DNA from: Eledone cirrhosa
Lineage: Eukaryota
DNA length: 64,000 nucleotides
Assembly (NCBI GenBank): GCA_964016885.1
Contig: OZ024742.1
Location: forward strand, 336,102,001-336,166,000
Reading direction: 5' to 3'
A model generated the notes under the pieces. That model was not told the origin of the DNA. It worked only from the letters and a program-made list of their open reading frames with translations, and did not search any database. Shown piece after piece: positions 12,459 through 27,143 of this stretch. Every line of letters starts with the position of its first letter. The first letter of the stretch is position 1. A program made the translations under genes and the position numbers.

Positions 12459-13330
12459 AAGGAGTGTGCTGATATCCATCTTTTTTTTGTTCAGTGGGTT
12501 TATACGATCCATTATTAGACTATATTACAGTAGAAAACATTACACCAAAGTTTCTATTTTATTTATAGATAGATATATATATGGGTATATATAGATATAA
12601 ATTGGTATAGGACTACCAGTAAATGGAACTAGAATTATAGAAGTAACGATACCAAGAAAAGAAATAAAGAAAGAGAAAAAGTTAAAGGATCATATAATGG
12701 AATTAAACGTCCATTATGTTATATTTCTCTGCCAATCGGAAGATTTGCTTCGGCCACCATGTTCCTTGTGGTTCCGTATCTGTTATTTTCGACTGGTGTT
12801 TCATGAGTATTTAGTATTTTGTGGTGAAATAAATAGTTTTAGTGGTTTCATTCCGACTGACTGAATAATAATACACACATACACACGCTTATATATATTT
12901 ATAATTTTATATATTGTGTGTGTATAATGCACATTCACATATTTGCATATATACCTTTATACGTATATATCACTATATATAGAATATCATACTATCCAAT
13001 AACTAACCACATCCATATAAAACCTATATAACCTATATATGTGTTTATGTGGAGCTTTTTTTTTCTATACTGAGAAAATTAGAATCATTCACTCACCCGT
13101 AAAATCAATTTACAACTTCATTGACATCCACAAAATTTAATAGGAAATAAATAATCTTATAATCTCTAAAAAAAAATACATGCTTGACCGCACACCGATA
13201 ATTTAACCTAGGACTATGAATGTTGAATACCATTTTCTTTATTTATATCTCACACACACACACACACACCTTTAATTACTCTATATTCACAACTAAGGAA
13301 AAGCATTTAATACATTAAGAAAGCATAATA

Positions 13331-13416
<86 letters not shown>

Positions 13417-13623
13417 GTTCAAATTCTAGCTGTCTAATGAGGTCATTGCTGTTGCATAATGGTTATCACCGAAAGTTAATTTTAACCTGTTGACACTTCT
13501 TGTTCATAATTGTACTCCTGAGTAAACAGACCCATCTGCGTACTTCGTTGAGTGCTCTACCCTGCATACAGAAGTGTCGGTAATTAACCAAAACATACAG
13601 GGTTAAGCGGACGTAAAATGATG

Positions 13624-13654
<31 letters not shown>

Positions 13655-13725
13655 AACATATATATATATATATACAAATATATATATATATATATATACA
13701 AATATATATATATATATATATATAT

Positions 13726-13766
<41 letters not shown>

Positions 13767-13843
13767 AATATATATATATATATATATATATACAAATATA
13801 TATATATATATACACATATATACAAATATATATATATATATAT

Positions 13844-13888
<45 letters not shown>

Positions 13889-13889
13889 T

Positions 13890-13960
<71 letters not shown>

Positions 13961-13963
<3 letters not shown>

Positions 13964-14020
13964 TTAATATAGAAGAGATTCTACAGGACTAGAACTGTTT
14001 CATTCATTAGAAATCATCAG

Positions 14021-14023
<3 letters not shown>
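13961..14023 (-). mobile_element. Single-arm family B fragment with HHR core, in (TA)n
   Basis: Minus strand: cCTGATGA tttc-taat-gaat GAAAC agttcta GTC ctgtaga, homologous to 9906-9965. Confidence 0.7.
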
Positions 14024-14086
<63 letters not shown>

Positions 14087-14098
14087 GCATATATACAA

Positions 14099-14131
<33 letters not shown>

Positions 14132-14494
14132 ATAATATACAAATAAAATAATACACCTTGTCTGCTAATCAACAATTATATGGTACCTGATTCTCAGAAC
14201 GAATCATATAAATACCAAAATCCAAGATTGCGGTGTCTGATGAGGCAGTCTGAAACTTGAAAGTACCCTCTGTTTCTCTCTCTCACTCTCTCTGTCACAC
14301 ACAGTTTATTTTTCTCCAAAATGTTTGTCTGAATACACTCATTATTTCTTTCTGCTTCTACCTCTTCTCAATCCTATCTTTCTATTTCAACTTATATTTC
14401 TAACTTTATCTTCGGATGAAAGATTAGTGTCCTACCACATCAAGTTCCCCTCTCCCATTCGCACACACACACACATACACACACACATTCTACT

Positions 14495-16445
14495 TGGAAC
14501 GATCTTCGAGTTACGCACTCTATCGAGTAACATTACTCCAAAGACCCTTCGCAGGACCCTATTTAGGCCGCTTGTATTCACGATCGCATTCTTTCGAGCA
14601 TTACCCAAGTTTTATGACAATGGGTAAGACCTGGCACAATACCAAATTAAAGATAGCGAGTTTGGCTTTTACACCTACTTCCCTTCTGATTACTGAATAC
14701 TGAAGCTGGCGCATTACTGCACCAGTTCTTGCAATTCTTACACTTAATTCAGTGCCTTCCATCACTCTTGAACACCTCTGTCTGCTTCAGGGGAAGTGTA
14801 TTCACATGTAGAGTGCACGGCATAGGCTTCCTTGAGAGAACGAGTGTCTCAGTTTCCGCAACACTGATTTTCATTCAAACCACGCATGACTCTGCATCAA
14901 ACCTATCAAGTGTAATTCAGACACCACCTTCTCTCGAGTTATGTAACACCATATCGCCTGAAAATTCCATCCGACTGATTTTACACCCGCCAGTCATGAT
15001 ACCATTTCCAGACCAGCTGGGCATGTCAATCCTGTTCATATAAATAATGAACAGGAACGGTAACAGTTAGCACCCTTGGTGGAGTCCGACTCCCGCATTG
15101 AATGGTTTCGATTTACCACCAAATATCCGAACACAAATACTCGGCCATTCGTATAGAGACATCAGAGCAGCAATAAGCTGACAATCGATCCCATACTCGT
15201 GCACAACATTCCACAGCAGATTCCGAGTAACGTGGTCATATGCCTTTTCAAGGTCGATAAAACGAGAATTATGCCTATTGGCAATACTCACACGATTTCT
15301 TGAAGACCTGATGTGTGAATATTTGGTCAGCCAGAGAAAGCCTTCTCTATTTAAGACTTTCAACATCTCTGGCCGGATTTCATTTTCCTCAGTGGCCTTG
15401 CCACATTTGAGCTCTTTAACTGGTCTTGTGACCTCAGCCTCTGAGAGATTAGTCATCGTTTCCAGATGTGATCGGATTTAGGAGATCAGTAAAGTATTCT
15501 CCCCACCTCGCGAGGATGCACCTATTTGAAGAGAGGAGAACGCCTGACGCGTTCTTGATAGCACGTGTGGAGGAGGGCTTCTTATTACGAAGTCGGCTGA
15601 TGGTCTGCCAGAACAGTTTATTTGCTGATCTGAAGTTGGATTCCAGCTTAACCCCAAAGTCCACCCATGTCTCTGCTGCAATTCTTCATGCCTACGTTTA
15701 CGGCAAATACAAAAAGGACTTATTTCCAAGCCAAGCTTTGTAGGCCTCCTTCATTGCTTGAATAACATCTTTGACCTCTTTATTGAACCAAGGGGTCATC
15801 CTGCCATTCAGCGCCTCACCAAGCCTATTTCGTCCAAAGCATTTAACAGCTGAAACAGAAACTGCTGAGCTGAACTATCTTCACTCTCTCTCAACGTTCT
15901 CAGTCTGCTTAGGGAGTTCTTTGAATTTGTCCGCAACAGTATTTGCATAACAGGTGCTGACTTCCTTATCCAGCAACTCTACCCACTTTACCCTGTAGGT
16001 CACCGTGGATCTGCCAGTTTTGTGGGCTTCTTTGGCTTTAGGTAGTCTCAAGCTGCAGATAACTAGATGGTGATTAGTTGACAACTCAGTCCCTCTCTTA
16101 AGACGCGCATTCAGTACAGAATCGAAGAGATCAGAGACAATAAAATCAATTATTGATCTCTGTCTCTGATTTCCCTTATACCATGTATACTTATGGATGT
16201 CTCTGTGCTGGAAGAAGGTGTTCATGCTAGAATAGAAGTTTAATGAGTCCACTCCATTCGTATTCAAATCGGGTCACCATTCCTTCAAATCACTCCTTTC
16301 CATGTTAGGTGGTCAATGTCAATATGTGCATTGATGTCTCTAACCAGGATATATGACTCAGTCTTAACTACACCTAACGTTGCAGTGACTTCAACAAAGA
16401 AAGACGTGTATTCGGACTCCTTGTTGGTTACATAAATTTGAATAT
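14495..16445 (-). mobile_element. Decayed RTE-clade LINE (APE endonuclease plus reverse transcriptase, disrupted)
   Basis: Ordered ORF fragments: DINAHI, then NTFFQHRDIHKYTW...IIDFIV...GTELSTNHHLV (APE), then NKLFWQTISRLR, then LKCGKA...EIRPEMLK...FIDLEKAYD...GVGLHQGC (RT), and LRRVFGVMLLDRVRN near 14500-14560. Multiple stops and frameshifts. Confidence 0.92.
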
Positions 16446-16610
16446 ATAAAGAACACACACACACACACACACACACACATATGTATATATGTATATATAT
16501 CCGTATGTGTTTGACGGCTGAGAGAAAAGAGTACTCAGTACTGAAGTAGAGTTTAAATATTCATTTTATTAAGGCTAAATGGTAAGTTTTGTAACTCTGG
16601 AGTTCCACCT

Positions 16611-16652
<42 letters not shown>

Positions 16653-16658
<6 letters not shown>

Positions 16659-16921
16659 AAAAAAGATGAAATCGAAAATGCAACTGTAGACTTTTTTTAA
16701 AAAATATATATTTATTTGGTTCTTCTGCTTTTCAAAAGTAGAATTGAGATGGAGGGTTTGTGGTTTTTCTCAAAAACCACAAACCCTCCAGGTAAAGGAA
16801 CCAAATAAATATATATTTAAAAACAAAAGACTCCAGTTGCATTTTCGATTTCATCTTTTTTCCTTATACTTTCACTCGTGTAGGATACCGGTTATTTTTC
16901 ATTTTGTAAAAAAAACCTCAC

Positions 16922-16927
<6 letters not shown>
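16653..16927 (+). mobile_element. TA-embedded palindromic mini-element (no HHR recognised)
   Basis: Inverted repeat 16653-16868 with inner tggagggtttgtggttttt/aaaaaccacaaaccctcca. The unpaired tail starts ctttcACTC. Confidence 0.7.
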
Positions 16928-16953
<26 letters not shown>

Positions 16954-17066
16954 TTAAAACGAAAAATCTGTGATACATCTGGACTCAATTTATTGTCTTA
17001 CAATTGTTTCGCCGGCAGACAGACAGCTCGAGACACGATCATTGTATGGATCTGTCTGATTCTGGA

Positions 17067-17135
<69 letters not shown>

Positions 17136-17959
17136 AGAGAAAGAGAGAGAGATAATAGCATTTTCATAGCTGTTGTGGTTAAATGTTCATGCAGTAGACG
17201 CCCCTGGGTATTTTCTAGTGATACTCTGTCTTTATACATATAGAACTGTTTGCACATGCACACAAAAACATCCACACAGTCATATATACCTCTTGCTTTT
17301 CGAAATACCTCCCTATGTTTTGTTGTCTCCTCATCACTCCTCATTTCCCTGACGATGAGCCTTCACGTGTCTTTCTCTCTCTGTCTACTCCTCATCTCTC
17401 CCTCACACTGATACACACACATATACACACATATACACACACATATACACACAACAACAAGACAGACATACACATAATCTTACTTCTTCTCCTGTGTTAG
17501 TGTGTTACATCCATCAGTCTGTTGTGTTCATGTCTGCCACTATGGAGGTATTAGTACAGCCGTCCTCATCGCCTGGCGTCTCTAGTATATATTATTGATA
17601 CGTACATGGATAATATCATTACTCTCACCAGCGTCGCAATCAACATCACCATCGACCAGCGTCGGCATGTCAACACCTTCATCGACATCGATATCATCGA
17701 CATCATCATCATCATCATCATCACCTTCATTAATATCAACATCATCATCTTTATAGTCAGTCATCGCCCTCGTCGTCGTCGTCATCACCCCCCCCCACCT
17801 CCTCCTCCTCCTCCTCATCATCATCTTTATAGTCATTGTCATCACCCCCCCTCTTCATCATCATGTTTATAGTCATTGTTATCGTCCCCACCCTCCCATC
17901 GTCCTTCTCTTCGCCACCATCATCTTTATAGTCATCGTTTCCAACGTTGTCGTCGTCAT

Positions 17960-18540
17960 CGGTAGAGCATCAGACACCATGCTTTGCAGCATAGAGTTAT
18001 GACCCTTTACGTCGTCCTGAGTTCAAATCCCGCCGAGGTTAAGTTTGCCTTACGGGAGGTCGATACAATAAAGTACCAGTAATGTACTGGGTAATTGCTG
18101 GCCTTGTGCCAAAAGTAGAAACAATTATTATCCTTTTGTTCTTTGTTAGATGTGTTTATTTCCTACAGTGGATATTTTATATCCTTGGTATATATAAAGA
18201 GGATCCCTACTTCGTTATTCTTGATGTATATTACATGGATTGGCAGAGTCGATAGAGCGTCGGACTATATGCTTTGTAAAATAGAGTTGCACCTCTTTAC
18301 AACGTCCTTCATAGTCATGGTTTTCAACTTTGTCGTGTTCATCGGTGGAGCGTCGGACAACATGCTTGACTGAATAGAGATACGGCCCTTTACGTTCTGA
18401 GTTCAAATCCCGCCGCGGTTAGCTTTGCCTTTCATCCTTACGGGGTCGATAAAAAAAGTACCAGTCACGCACTGGGGATCTATTTAATCGACTTTCCCCT
18501 TCCCCCAAATTGCTGACCTTGTGCCTGATTCAGAAACCAT
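17960..18540 (+). mobile_element. Cluster of family 1 SINE copies and fragments (17960-18127, 18236-18300, 18345-18540)
   Basis: B-box gagttcaaatcccgcc and central gcctttcatccttacggggtcgata motifs. Confidence 0.85.
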
Positions 18541-19077
18541 TATTTCCCTTTTTTCCCTATATAGTTGATATATATTATATTTGTAACTTATAGCAAAAGC
18601 TACAGCCTTGATACCTATTACCATATTTTGAGCATTTAGCTGCGTTTTAAATATTAATCGAATGCCGAGATAGCAACCCTAACCCTAACGTGTATTTGTA
18701 TTAACGTCAACTCTGTTTTATCTTGATGGTTGGTCTGACTCCATATAGGAGAGACACTATGGGGATTCCCTTTCGTATGATTTCCCCATTTCTTATGTTC
18801 TGTTGAATTATGTTTCATTCATTCATGGCACGTGAAATATATCTACACATTAATAGTACTACTTTGTTTTTAGCTAATATTTCCTGAACCCACAGCTGGG
18901 GAATACCATCATACGCCTTCTACTAATGAACCAATGCCAAGCCCCGATTTTTCTTTTTTTTCATATTGATTTATTGATTTTTGTTTTATCGATAGCTGAT
19001 CTTTACTTCCATACGATCCTTTGTGGCATCACTTCTCTCCTTCTGAAAGTATGACTATCATTTTCCTATCTCAGCAA

Positions 19078-19832
19078 TGGATTGGCATAATCGTTAGAGC
19101 GTCAGACAAAATGCTTTGCGCAATTTAGTTACGGTTCTTTGCCTTCTGATTTCAAAGCACGTCAAATCCAACTTTGCATTTTATTGTTTTGGGGTCAGTA
19201 AAATAAGGAACCAGTCGAGTACTGAGGTCGATACAATCGACATTTCCTTCTTCCCATATTGCTGAGCTTGCATTAATGTTTGAATGATTATTGTTATTGT
19301 TGTTATTCTTGCTGTATCTGTAGAACAGTTGCAGTTGTAGAAATAATAATTGTTTGTAATTTAAGAACAATGCCAGTAATTTTTGCGGAGACGGGATGTC
19401 CAGTTATATCGATCCCAGTATTCGACTGGTATTTTATTTTATCGGCTCCTGAAGGATGGAAGGCGAACTTGGTGTCGGCAGGATTTGAACTCGGTATATT
19501 AAGAGCCAGTATAAATATCACAATGTATTCCCTCCGACGCTCTAACGATTCGGCCTACTCAGTGATATAGTGGTAGTGTTGAATATCCGTCGGCTAGGAC
19601 AAGGAGTCTACCAGTTATTTGCTCAACGAATCAGCCTCCTCGTGAAGTTAACGTGCAAATGGCTGAGCATTCCACAGACACGTGTAGCCCCAATGTAATT
19701 TTCAGAAAGATTCAGCGTGACACTGTGTAACAAGGCTAGTGCTTTCAACCATATAAATCTGGTGCTGCCAGAAATCGAACTTACAACCTCACAATCATGA
19801 GCGGAATACCAGCTACCACTAAGGCAGGCGCC
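19078..19832. mobile_element. Old SINE cluster: family-1-like + (19078-19270), family-1-like - (19345-19560), family 2 - (19590-19832)
   Basis: Degenerate matches to the SINE consensus motifs seen elsewhere in the window. Confidence 0.7.
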
Positions 19833-20008
19833 GTCATATAGTAGCTCGTAGTAACATTAGCAGCACAACAGTTATGCTGCTCTTCCTTATATTAATAAGC
19901 CATTGGTTTTACTGACGTCATGTCCACTGCGGTTCTTGTCCGTATGTTACTTATGAACAAACATTGATTGAATTCATTGTACCGGGTTATATGCACTTTA
20001 CTAAATAT

Positions 20009-20093
<85 letters not shown>

Positions 20094-20267
20094 CACACAC
20101 ACACACACTAACACACATATATATATACATCTTCTCCACCTCATTGCCTCTACCTATTCATCTCTTTTGCTTCCTCTTTCAATGTGCATAGATATATTTG
20201 TATGCATTTATGTGTATTTATCTGTATATGTGTGTGTGTGTATATATATATACATATATATATATAC

Positions 20268-20358
<91 letters not shown>

Positions 20359-20776
20359 AAAGGTAAACAGAAATAACAACACAAACGGTACAGTATATGG
20401 AAGGCATATATTAGTTGAACGCTTGAAATAGAAGAGAGTATTAACGTTAGTCCTTCAGTCCTTCATCATAAGAAAGAATGAGAAATAAGATAGATAGAGG
20501 GGACGGGCAGGGTGGAATCGGAAACATTTTATTTTAGAGGAAAATAATAGGTCCATACATGTTATATATATATATATATATTTATTTAGGTTTGTTCGTT
20601 CACCACTAGATAGAACTGATCATTCCGTATGGTCAATCTCGATGTAATATTATGGAGAGTACTCAACGTAATGCAACTCACCCGTCTTCGTTTGTGTAGT
20701 TGGTGGTGCGAGTACGGAGTTAATTATTATAAAATAACAGGAGGCTGGACTGGTGTAAATCCTTGAGAGGTTTATT

Positions 20777-20834
20777 ATACTCTGATCATTTCAAAGACCG
20801 GGTTCAGTATGAATCCGGTGAAATCATCAGGTAT
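20777..20834 (-). ncRNA. Near-intact hammerhead motif in a TA-flanked PLE-like fragment (about 20583-21150)
   Basis: Minus strand: atac CTGATGA tttc-accggattca-tac-tgaacccggt-cttt GAAA tgatca ga gtat. Stem I is atac/gtat and stem III is palindromic, but the cleavage triplet appears mutated. The tail motif gagtactcaa...ggagt lies at 20655-20720. Confidence 0.6.
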
Positions 20835-21161
20835 TCAAAATATAACAAAGGAATATAACAGATAAAATCCATAGGGCTGAAAATCAGAGACAAGAGGACG
20901 ACTGACTATTTAGCAGCTTCTACCTCTTTATTTACTAGAATTCTATAAGAATATAACATCAGTGATCTCAGTAGACGGAAGGGAGTAGTTAGCCTTGATA
21001 AGCATAAAAAAATGCAGAAACAAGGCCTTGTCGGCTTTATCTCCCCCCATTTGCTGAGATTAAAGTAAGTGAGTTTGTCACTACTCTAAAACAATAGCAT
21101 ACGGTCTTCAAAATGCTTTTAATTAAGCATAAAGTGTATTGCAAAATACATTATATATACA

Positions 21162-21247
<86 letters not shown>

Positions 21248-21271
21248 TATATATATATATATATATTATAT

Positions 21272-21341
<70 letters not shown>

Positions 21342-21509
21342 CGTTTCTGAATTTGTTTAGCATATAAACAACTATCTGGTTGTGGAACCAACCAACCAAC
21401 CAGAAATTTATAAATTTATAAACTTGTAAATTTATAAATATATAATAAACTGAAGTGAAAGCAACTGGTGCGTGTGTTTCTTATTGGCAACATGACCCTC
21501 CCAAAGTAT

Positions 21510-21563
<54 letters not shown>

Positions 21564-21568
<5 letters not shown>

Positions 21569-21754
21569 TGGAGGCGGTAAAAATCAGTTAGACCATTATT
21601 TACCAGAGTACTTAGGGTAGTAGAGTGGCTAATATGAAAAAAATGTAGGACCCTGACGGTTGAGCTCCGGCCATTTCAACAGCTAGATCCGAACAGCTAG
21701 ATCTAGCTGTTAAAACGATCGGAGCTCAGCCGTCAAGGTCCTGAAGTTTTTCAT
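21564..21754 (-). mobile_element. Diverged family A palindromic mini-element in (TA)n
   Basis: Tail ccagagtacttagggtagtagagtgg as at 10033-10066. Imperfect inverted repeat ggaccctgacggttgagctcc/ggagctcagccgtcaaggtcc. Confidence 0.72.
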
Positions 21755-21767
21755 ATATATATATATA

Positions 21768-21916
21768 AGTAGTTCCACAACAGTTAGTTTACCATACTGA
21801 GAACAATTGTTTCACCTTATTCGGATAAGGTGAAACAATTGTTCTACCAAACTCGTCCCATGGACTGGATGCTCTACTACTACGGATATAATCCACCAGT
21901 GTTCTACTATTATGCT
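21768..21916 (+). mobile_element. Family D palindromic mini-element, internally deleted
   Basis: agaacaattgtttcaccttat-tcgg-ataaggtgaaacaattgttct. The tail accaaactcgtcccatgg matches the reverse complement of 11750-11767. Confidence 0.75.
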
Positions 21917-22085
21917 ATATATATATATATATATATTTGTTAAAATAACAGATTAAAGTTTAAGCAAAGAATCGCTGCTTTCACCCTTAACGGGATCTTC
22001 TGAAACTAAAAAAGTTAATCTGTGAACGCAGAACTAAATATTTCAAAAAACGTTGCAACCGAAGGAAGACAGGAAGAGGATACTT

Positions 22086-22360
22086 TGGTTCGTGGAAACG
22101 TTCCCTGGCAAAGAATGGGAAAAAACGAAGATAATACGTCATTATTTGGACCGGTGAAAACAATTACACGCAAAGACAAAACCACGTTTATGGTATAAAT
22201 GAAGTCGTAGACTAATATTCTATTAGGTGGTTCATGGAGACGTTCTCAGGCAATGAACGGAAATAATACTTCATTATGTGGAGCGTTGCGAACAATTACA
22301 CGCAAAAACAAAACCACGTAAGTGGTATAACTGAAGTCGTAGACTAAAATTCTATTTAGG
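22086..22360. repeat. Diverged tandem duplication of about 140 bp
   Basis: tggttc.tgga.acgtt...acaattacacgcaaa.acaaaaccacgt...gaagtcgtagactaa occurs twice. Confidence 0.75.
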
Positions 22361-23301
22361 AAACCGAATGAATCTCGGCTTCAGAGTTAAGAATAAAGTA
22401 AATAAAATACAGAGGTAATTGAAATTAAATATATACATACACGCATCCATATACGTACATAAACAAGCATACGCGAAAACAATCGCTTATGGGTAAACAA
22501 ATACAAGCATGTACACAAAATAAATACGCACGTACATACAGAACCCACGCAACGCCTGTACCCGCACACATACGAACGTATACACCAAATATACATGAAA
22601 TATATATTTTTAAAAATATATATATATGTGTGTGTGTGTGCGTGTATACATATAATTAAATAAACGTATATAAATATACACACATAAATACGTATATAAC
22701 GCGCGCACACACATACCTACATGTAAAAACACAAAGTACACATATACACACATCCTACATACGTACGAACCCGCATACTCACACAGACGCAAAACTCACG
22801 TATACACATAACCAAATGCACATGTACCAGTATATATAATATATACGCCATAACATATACAAGCAAATATATGTACGTCGTTTGTTCGATTCCTGGAGGT
22901 GCGTCGTGTCCTTGAGAATGTTACTCCAGTCCACTCGTCGACATGATCTCCAAACTCCTGATATACTATAGAGCAGGGGCCGACGTAATACCGAGAGGTT
23001 TATAAAGAACCCTTAATTATATTCCATGACAAATTTTACAGAAGGACTTACAAAGAACCTGTAATCTTGATATTTCACAATACGAGACCCAAATATTTCT
23101 GAGAGCTTTACTAAGAAACCCTCAAACTTGATATTTCATCCTATTAACCCCAAATATTAGCGAAGGATTTACAAAGGACCATATTACTGAGTGACTAAAT
23201 AACCCCTAAGTTTGACATTAGAAAGAATGTATAAATGTTTTGTTATTTTCTCTTATAATAATAATTGCAATTTTACAAAAGAATAGCATAAGATAGAGAC
23301 A

Positions 23302-23487
23302 TAATTGTTTCTACTTTTGGCACAAGGCCAGCAATTACCCCAGTCTATTACTGGTACTTTATTTTATCGACCCCATAAGGATGAAAGGCAAAGTTAACCT
23401 CGGCGGGATTTGAACTCAGATTATAAAAGCCGTAACTCTGTGCTGCAAAACGTCCTACTCTCTACTGATACTGCCAATCCACCGCCC
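23302..23487 (-). mobile_element. tRNA-derived SINE family 1
   Basis: Full-length match to the family consensus on the minus strand. Confidence 0.9.
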
Positions 23488-23922
23488 TGGCATTATCATG
23501 CCACGAAGAATGTCATGAAAACCATTAAACACAGCCCCTTAGGAACGTCTTTTTTTCCCAAAGCTCCATATTATGAGCCGAGATTAGACATAACCAAGAA
23601 ATAGGCTTTCGTTTTACTATACCAATTCTCAATGCTGTAATATACGTACAAAAAACCTTTTGTACATAACTTTTTTCGTGATTTAAATTATTTTTAAAGC
23701 TTTGATAAACACCTCTGCATCACATATCCTTTTTTTCTTTTACTGCTTTAAGTTATCAGACTTGCGTCATGTTGGTGCATCGCTTAGATTTAGTCGATCT
23801 TATACACCACAACACTTATGTTATTCTTCAAGTCTGGTACTTATTTTATTGATTTCTTTTTTGTTGAACCGCTATGTCACAGAACATAAACACAGACGGA
23901 AGTGGAGAGAGAGGAAGAGAGA

Positions 23923-23966
<44 letters not shown>

Positions 23967-25274
23967 CGCACACACACACATTGATGCAGTCTCCAGAAGC
24001 CATTATAAAAACTGTAAAGGAAATTCATATTTCAAAACGACTGGAAATTTAAAAGAAACATAGATTATATCATTCGAAGTCGATGTTTTATGTGTGGCAT
24101 TTAACTTCACGAGGCTTACGTTTAAAAATGTTTTTTGTATATGTCGTCGATTCATGGCGAAAAGAGTTCAAAGAAGGTTTGAAAATGACAAAATGCGAAG
24201 CAATTGTTTTATTAATAGCTTTAAAACTGTGGGCGATAGGAAAAGGAAAAAAGAAAAAAAAATGATTCCGGATATTATTTTTCAATTTGGCTTAATGAAA
24301 ATAAATCAAATATGAGGTAGTACGGTGTTATACTTCTTAATACGTTATAGAATAGTTTGTGGAGGATTGAGGTATAGAGTATATATAGTTTACGTCGTTG
24401 TTCATCACAGAACATTACTAAAACACAAAGATAAGAGCACTACCTCTCTCACTCAACCCAGGCACATCTATCACACGCCAGAACACTGCAACACCACAGA
24501 ACACTATAACACCACTACAGAACACAGCATGACACACCCAACTCGGACACATCTATGTACAACACCCCAGAAAACCTACTGTAACTTTATACCTTCCCAC
24601 CTAATTCTCACAGACAAGATGATCACCGTTGCAGTGACTTTGATCATAGATTTGCTTGATCAAGGAGACTTAGGTCTAAGAACAGCAACAGCAACAGGAA
24701 TACAGTGTGACTTGCCTTGGGGTTAATTATGTGTCACCCCAGAACCAACGGTTAGCAGTGCTGAGGTGACGAAGTCTTTGAAATAAATCATATATACCCC
24801 ACACATTAAGTCATTAAAGATGGTCGAGACTATAAGGTTTTAAAAAAAAAAAAGGAAAAAATATTTTAAATAGAGTATTCAGCTTCATCAGTTTTCGCTC
24901 TTGACTTTCATCTCTATGTAGTTGACACGGCACCGACGTGATGTCAGCATACGACAGTTCTCTGCTGCCATCTGGGCTGGTAACCCGCTCTCTTATTAAT
25001 ATGGTAATTCCGAGCTCTGTGATTGCTGCATAATCCAATCCCAATAAGAGATCCTATCTCTATCTTTATGTATTCCGAACAAAGACATAAATCAAAATAT
25101 TGGATTTAAAAAAAAAATAAAACAAAAATAAAAATAAAAAAAAAATAAAAAAAAAACGAACAAATCAAATGGCGGGTATTTTTGTTTGATATGTTTTAAT
25201 ATTCATTCTGTTTGCAACGTCAAGTGGGATTATCTGAAATAATCTAGTCGAAAATGATATGTGAAGTGAGATAT

Positions 25275-25785
25275 GGTTTGGATTGGAAAAAGCATTAGAG
25301 CGTTGGACAAAATGCTTTGAGTTCTGGGTTCAAATCCTACCGAAGTCAACTTTACTTTTTATGTTTCCTGGCTTAATGAAATATAACCAACTGTTCCTTT
25401 CCCATCAAATTGCCGGTCCTATGCCTAAATTAGAAAGAATTAAGGGCGTTGGACAAGCAGAATCGTCAGGACATCGGAGAAAATGCCTTAAGGTATTTAG
25501 TTTCAACCAACTCCCTACGCTCTGATTTCAAATCTCAGCAAGGTTAACTTTGCCTTTCCTCTCTTTTTGTTCGATAAAATACAGTACTAGTGAAATACTG
25601 TTGTTGATACTATTAACTTACGTTCCCTCCTACAAATTGCTAGCCTTGTGTCTGTGTTAGAAAGAATTATTAAGGCAGCGGGTTGGTAGATTCGTTAGAG
25701 CGTTGAAAACAATAGCTTAACACATTTGTTCTACTTCCAAACGTTCTGAATTCAAATTTCACCGCGGCCGACTTGACTTATATTA
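25275..25785 (+). mobile_element. Three head-to-tail old family-1-like SINE copies
   Basis: Repeated degenerate A/B boxes (ggttcaaatcc, gatttcaaatc, gaattcaaatt), each followed by aactttgccttt-like cores. Confidence 0.65.
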
Positions 25786-26439
25786 ACAGTTAATATGAAA
25801 CGAAATCTCTGACATAGTGAAACACTGTCATGAAGATCTACAAATTTATGCATCAAAATAGATAGAATTGTTGTGTGTGGCACGAGTTGTGTTTCCTGTT
25901 CTGGCATCTTGCATTCTCTCCTATGACCAGCGCTAATCACTTGATTATAATAATTGTTTAAGAGAGCTGCAATGAGGAGGATTGTGGCCATCTTCTGCAA
26001 TGGCTGCAGTTGGTGCTGTTGGTGTTCAAATGTAATCAATATTATTTTTGCGCTTTCGATTGGCAAACTATGTTTCTTGTGGTTGTTGTTGTAGTTGATT
26101 GCCGTATCATTCAAAATGTTCTGCGCAATGATAGGTCGTTTTTTCCACCGTTTACGAGTGTTGAATATCTGTGTATCCCAAATACCCTCTTTTTTGTATT
26201 TTCATTTGTGAAGAGTGCTACTATGTTGTTTTGTTCTCTGCCATGTTTAGAAAATTGACAAGTCGAAAAAAAAAATTTACGTCTCGAAAGACATCAATTT
26301 TGAAGTCTGTCCCAAAATATAACAGCCTCTCCACACTGTTGGGACATCCTTTGCTTGTGAAATAATCCAAGCTTGTCATTTACACATTGGAAAAAACCAA
26401 ATACTGGAGTCTGCTAACATATATCTTGTCAGCGAGTAA

Positions 26440-27143
26440 TAATGTTTTCTGATTTAGACACAAGTTCAACAATTTTGGTGGAGGGAAAATCAATTAAGTC
26501 GACCCCAGTGCTATACTGATACTTTATTTTATCGACTCTGTAAGGATGAAAGGCACAGCTAACGTCGCTGGAATTTGAACTCGGACCGTAAAGATCTAGA
26601 ACAAATACTGCTAAGCATTTGCTCGACGCTCTAATCACCCAGATTCAATGATAACATTTTTTATTTGCACCTCTATCTGCTCCCCAGTTACCTAATTCAT
26701 AATGAATAGACTGTGAATTCAAGAACATTTTCCTGATAAGATAAAATAATTGTTTCTACTTTTGGTACAAGACCAGCAATTACCCCAGTGCTTTACTACT
26801 GCTTTATTCTATCGACCTCGTAATGATGAAAGGCAAAGTTAACCTCGGCGGGATTGGAACTCAGAACGTAAATTACCATAACTATGCTGCAAAGCATGGC
26901 GTCCGACCCTCTAACGATACTGCCAATTTACCGCTCTATACTGCCAATAAAATAATTGTTTCTACTTTTGGCACAAGGGCAGCAATTATCCCAGTGCATT
27001 ACTGGTACTTTATTTTATCGATCCCGTAAGGATGAAAGGCAAAGTTAACCTCGTAGGGATTTGAACTCAGAATCGCAAGGGCCGTAACTCTATGCGTCAA
27101 AGCATGGCGTCCGACCCTCTACCGATACTGCCAATCCACCGCC
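26440..27143 (-). mobile_element. Three family 1 or family-1-like SINE copies (26440-26635, 26747-26935, 26952-27143)
   Basis: Consensus matches on the minus strand. Confidence 0.88.

Noticed and set aside
14237-14265. CTGATGA-ggcagtct-GAAAC-ttgaaa-GTA hammerhead-like string
   Set aside because: Stem II cannot form a viable hairpin and stem I is unconvincing. It may be decay or chance.
17606-17872. His/Pro-rich and Asp-rich ORFs
   Set aside because: Degenerate (ATC)/(CCT)/(GTC) trinucleotide low-complexity sequence.
18675-18690. aaccctaaccctaac telomere-like repeat
   Set aside because: Only about 2.5 units, too short to call an interstitial telomere.
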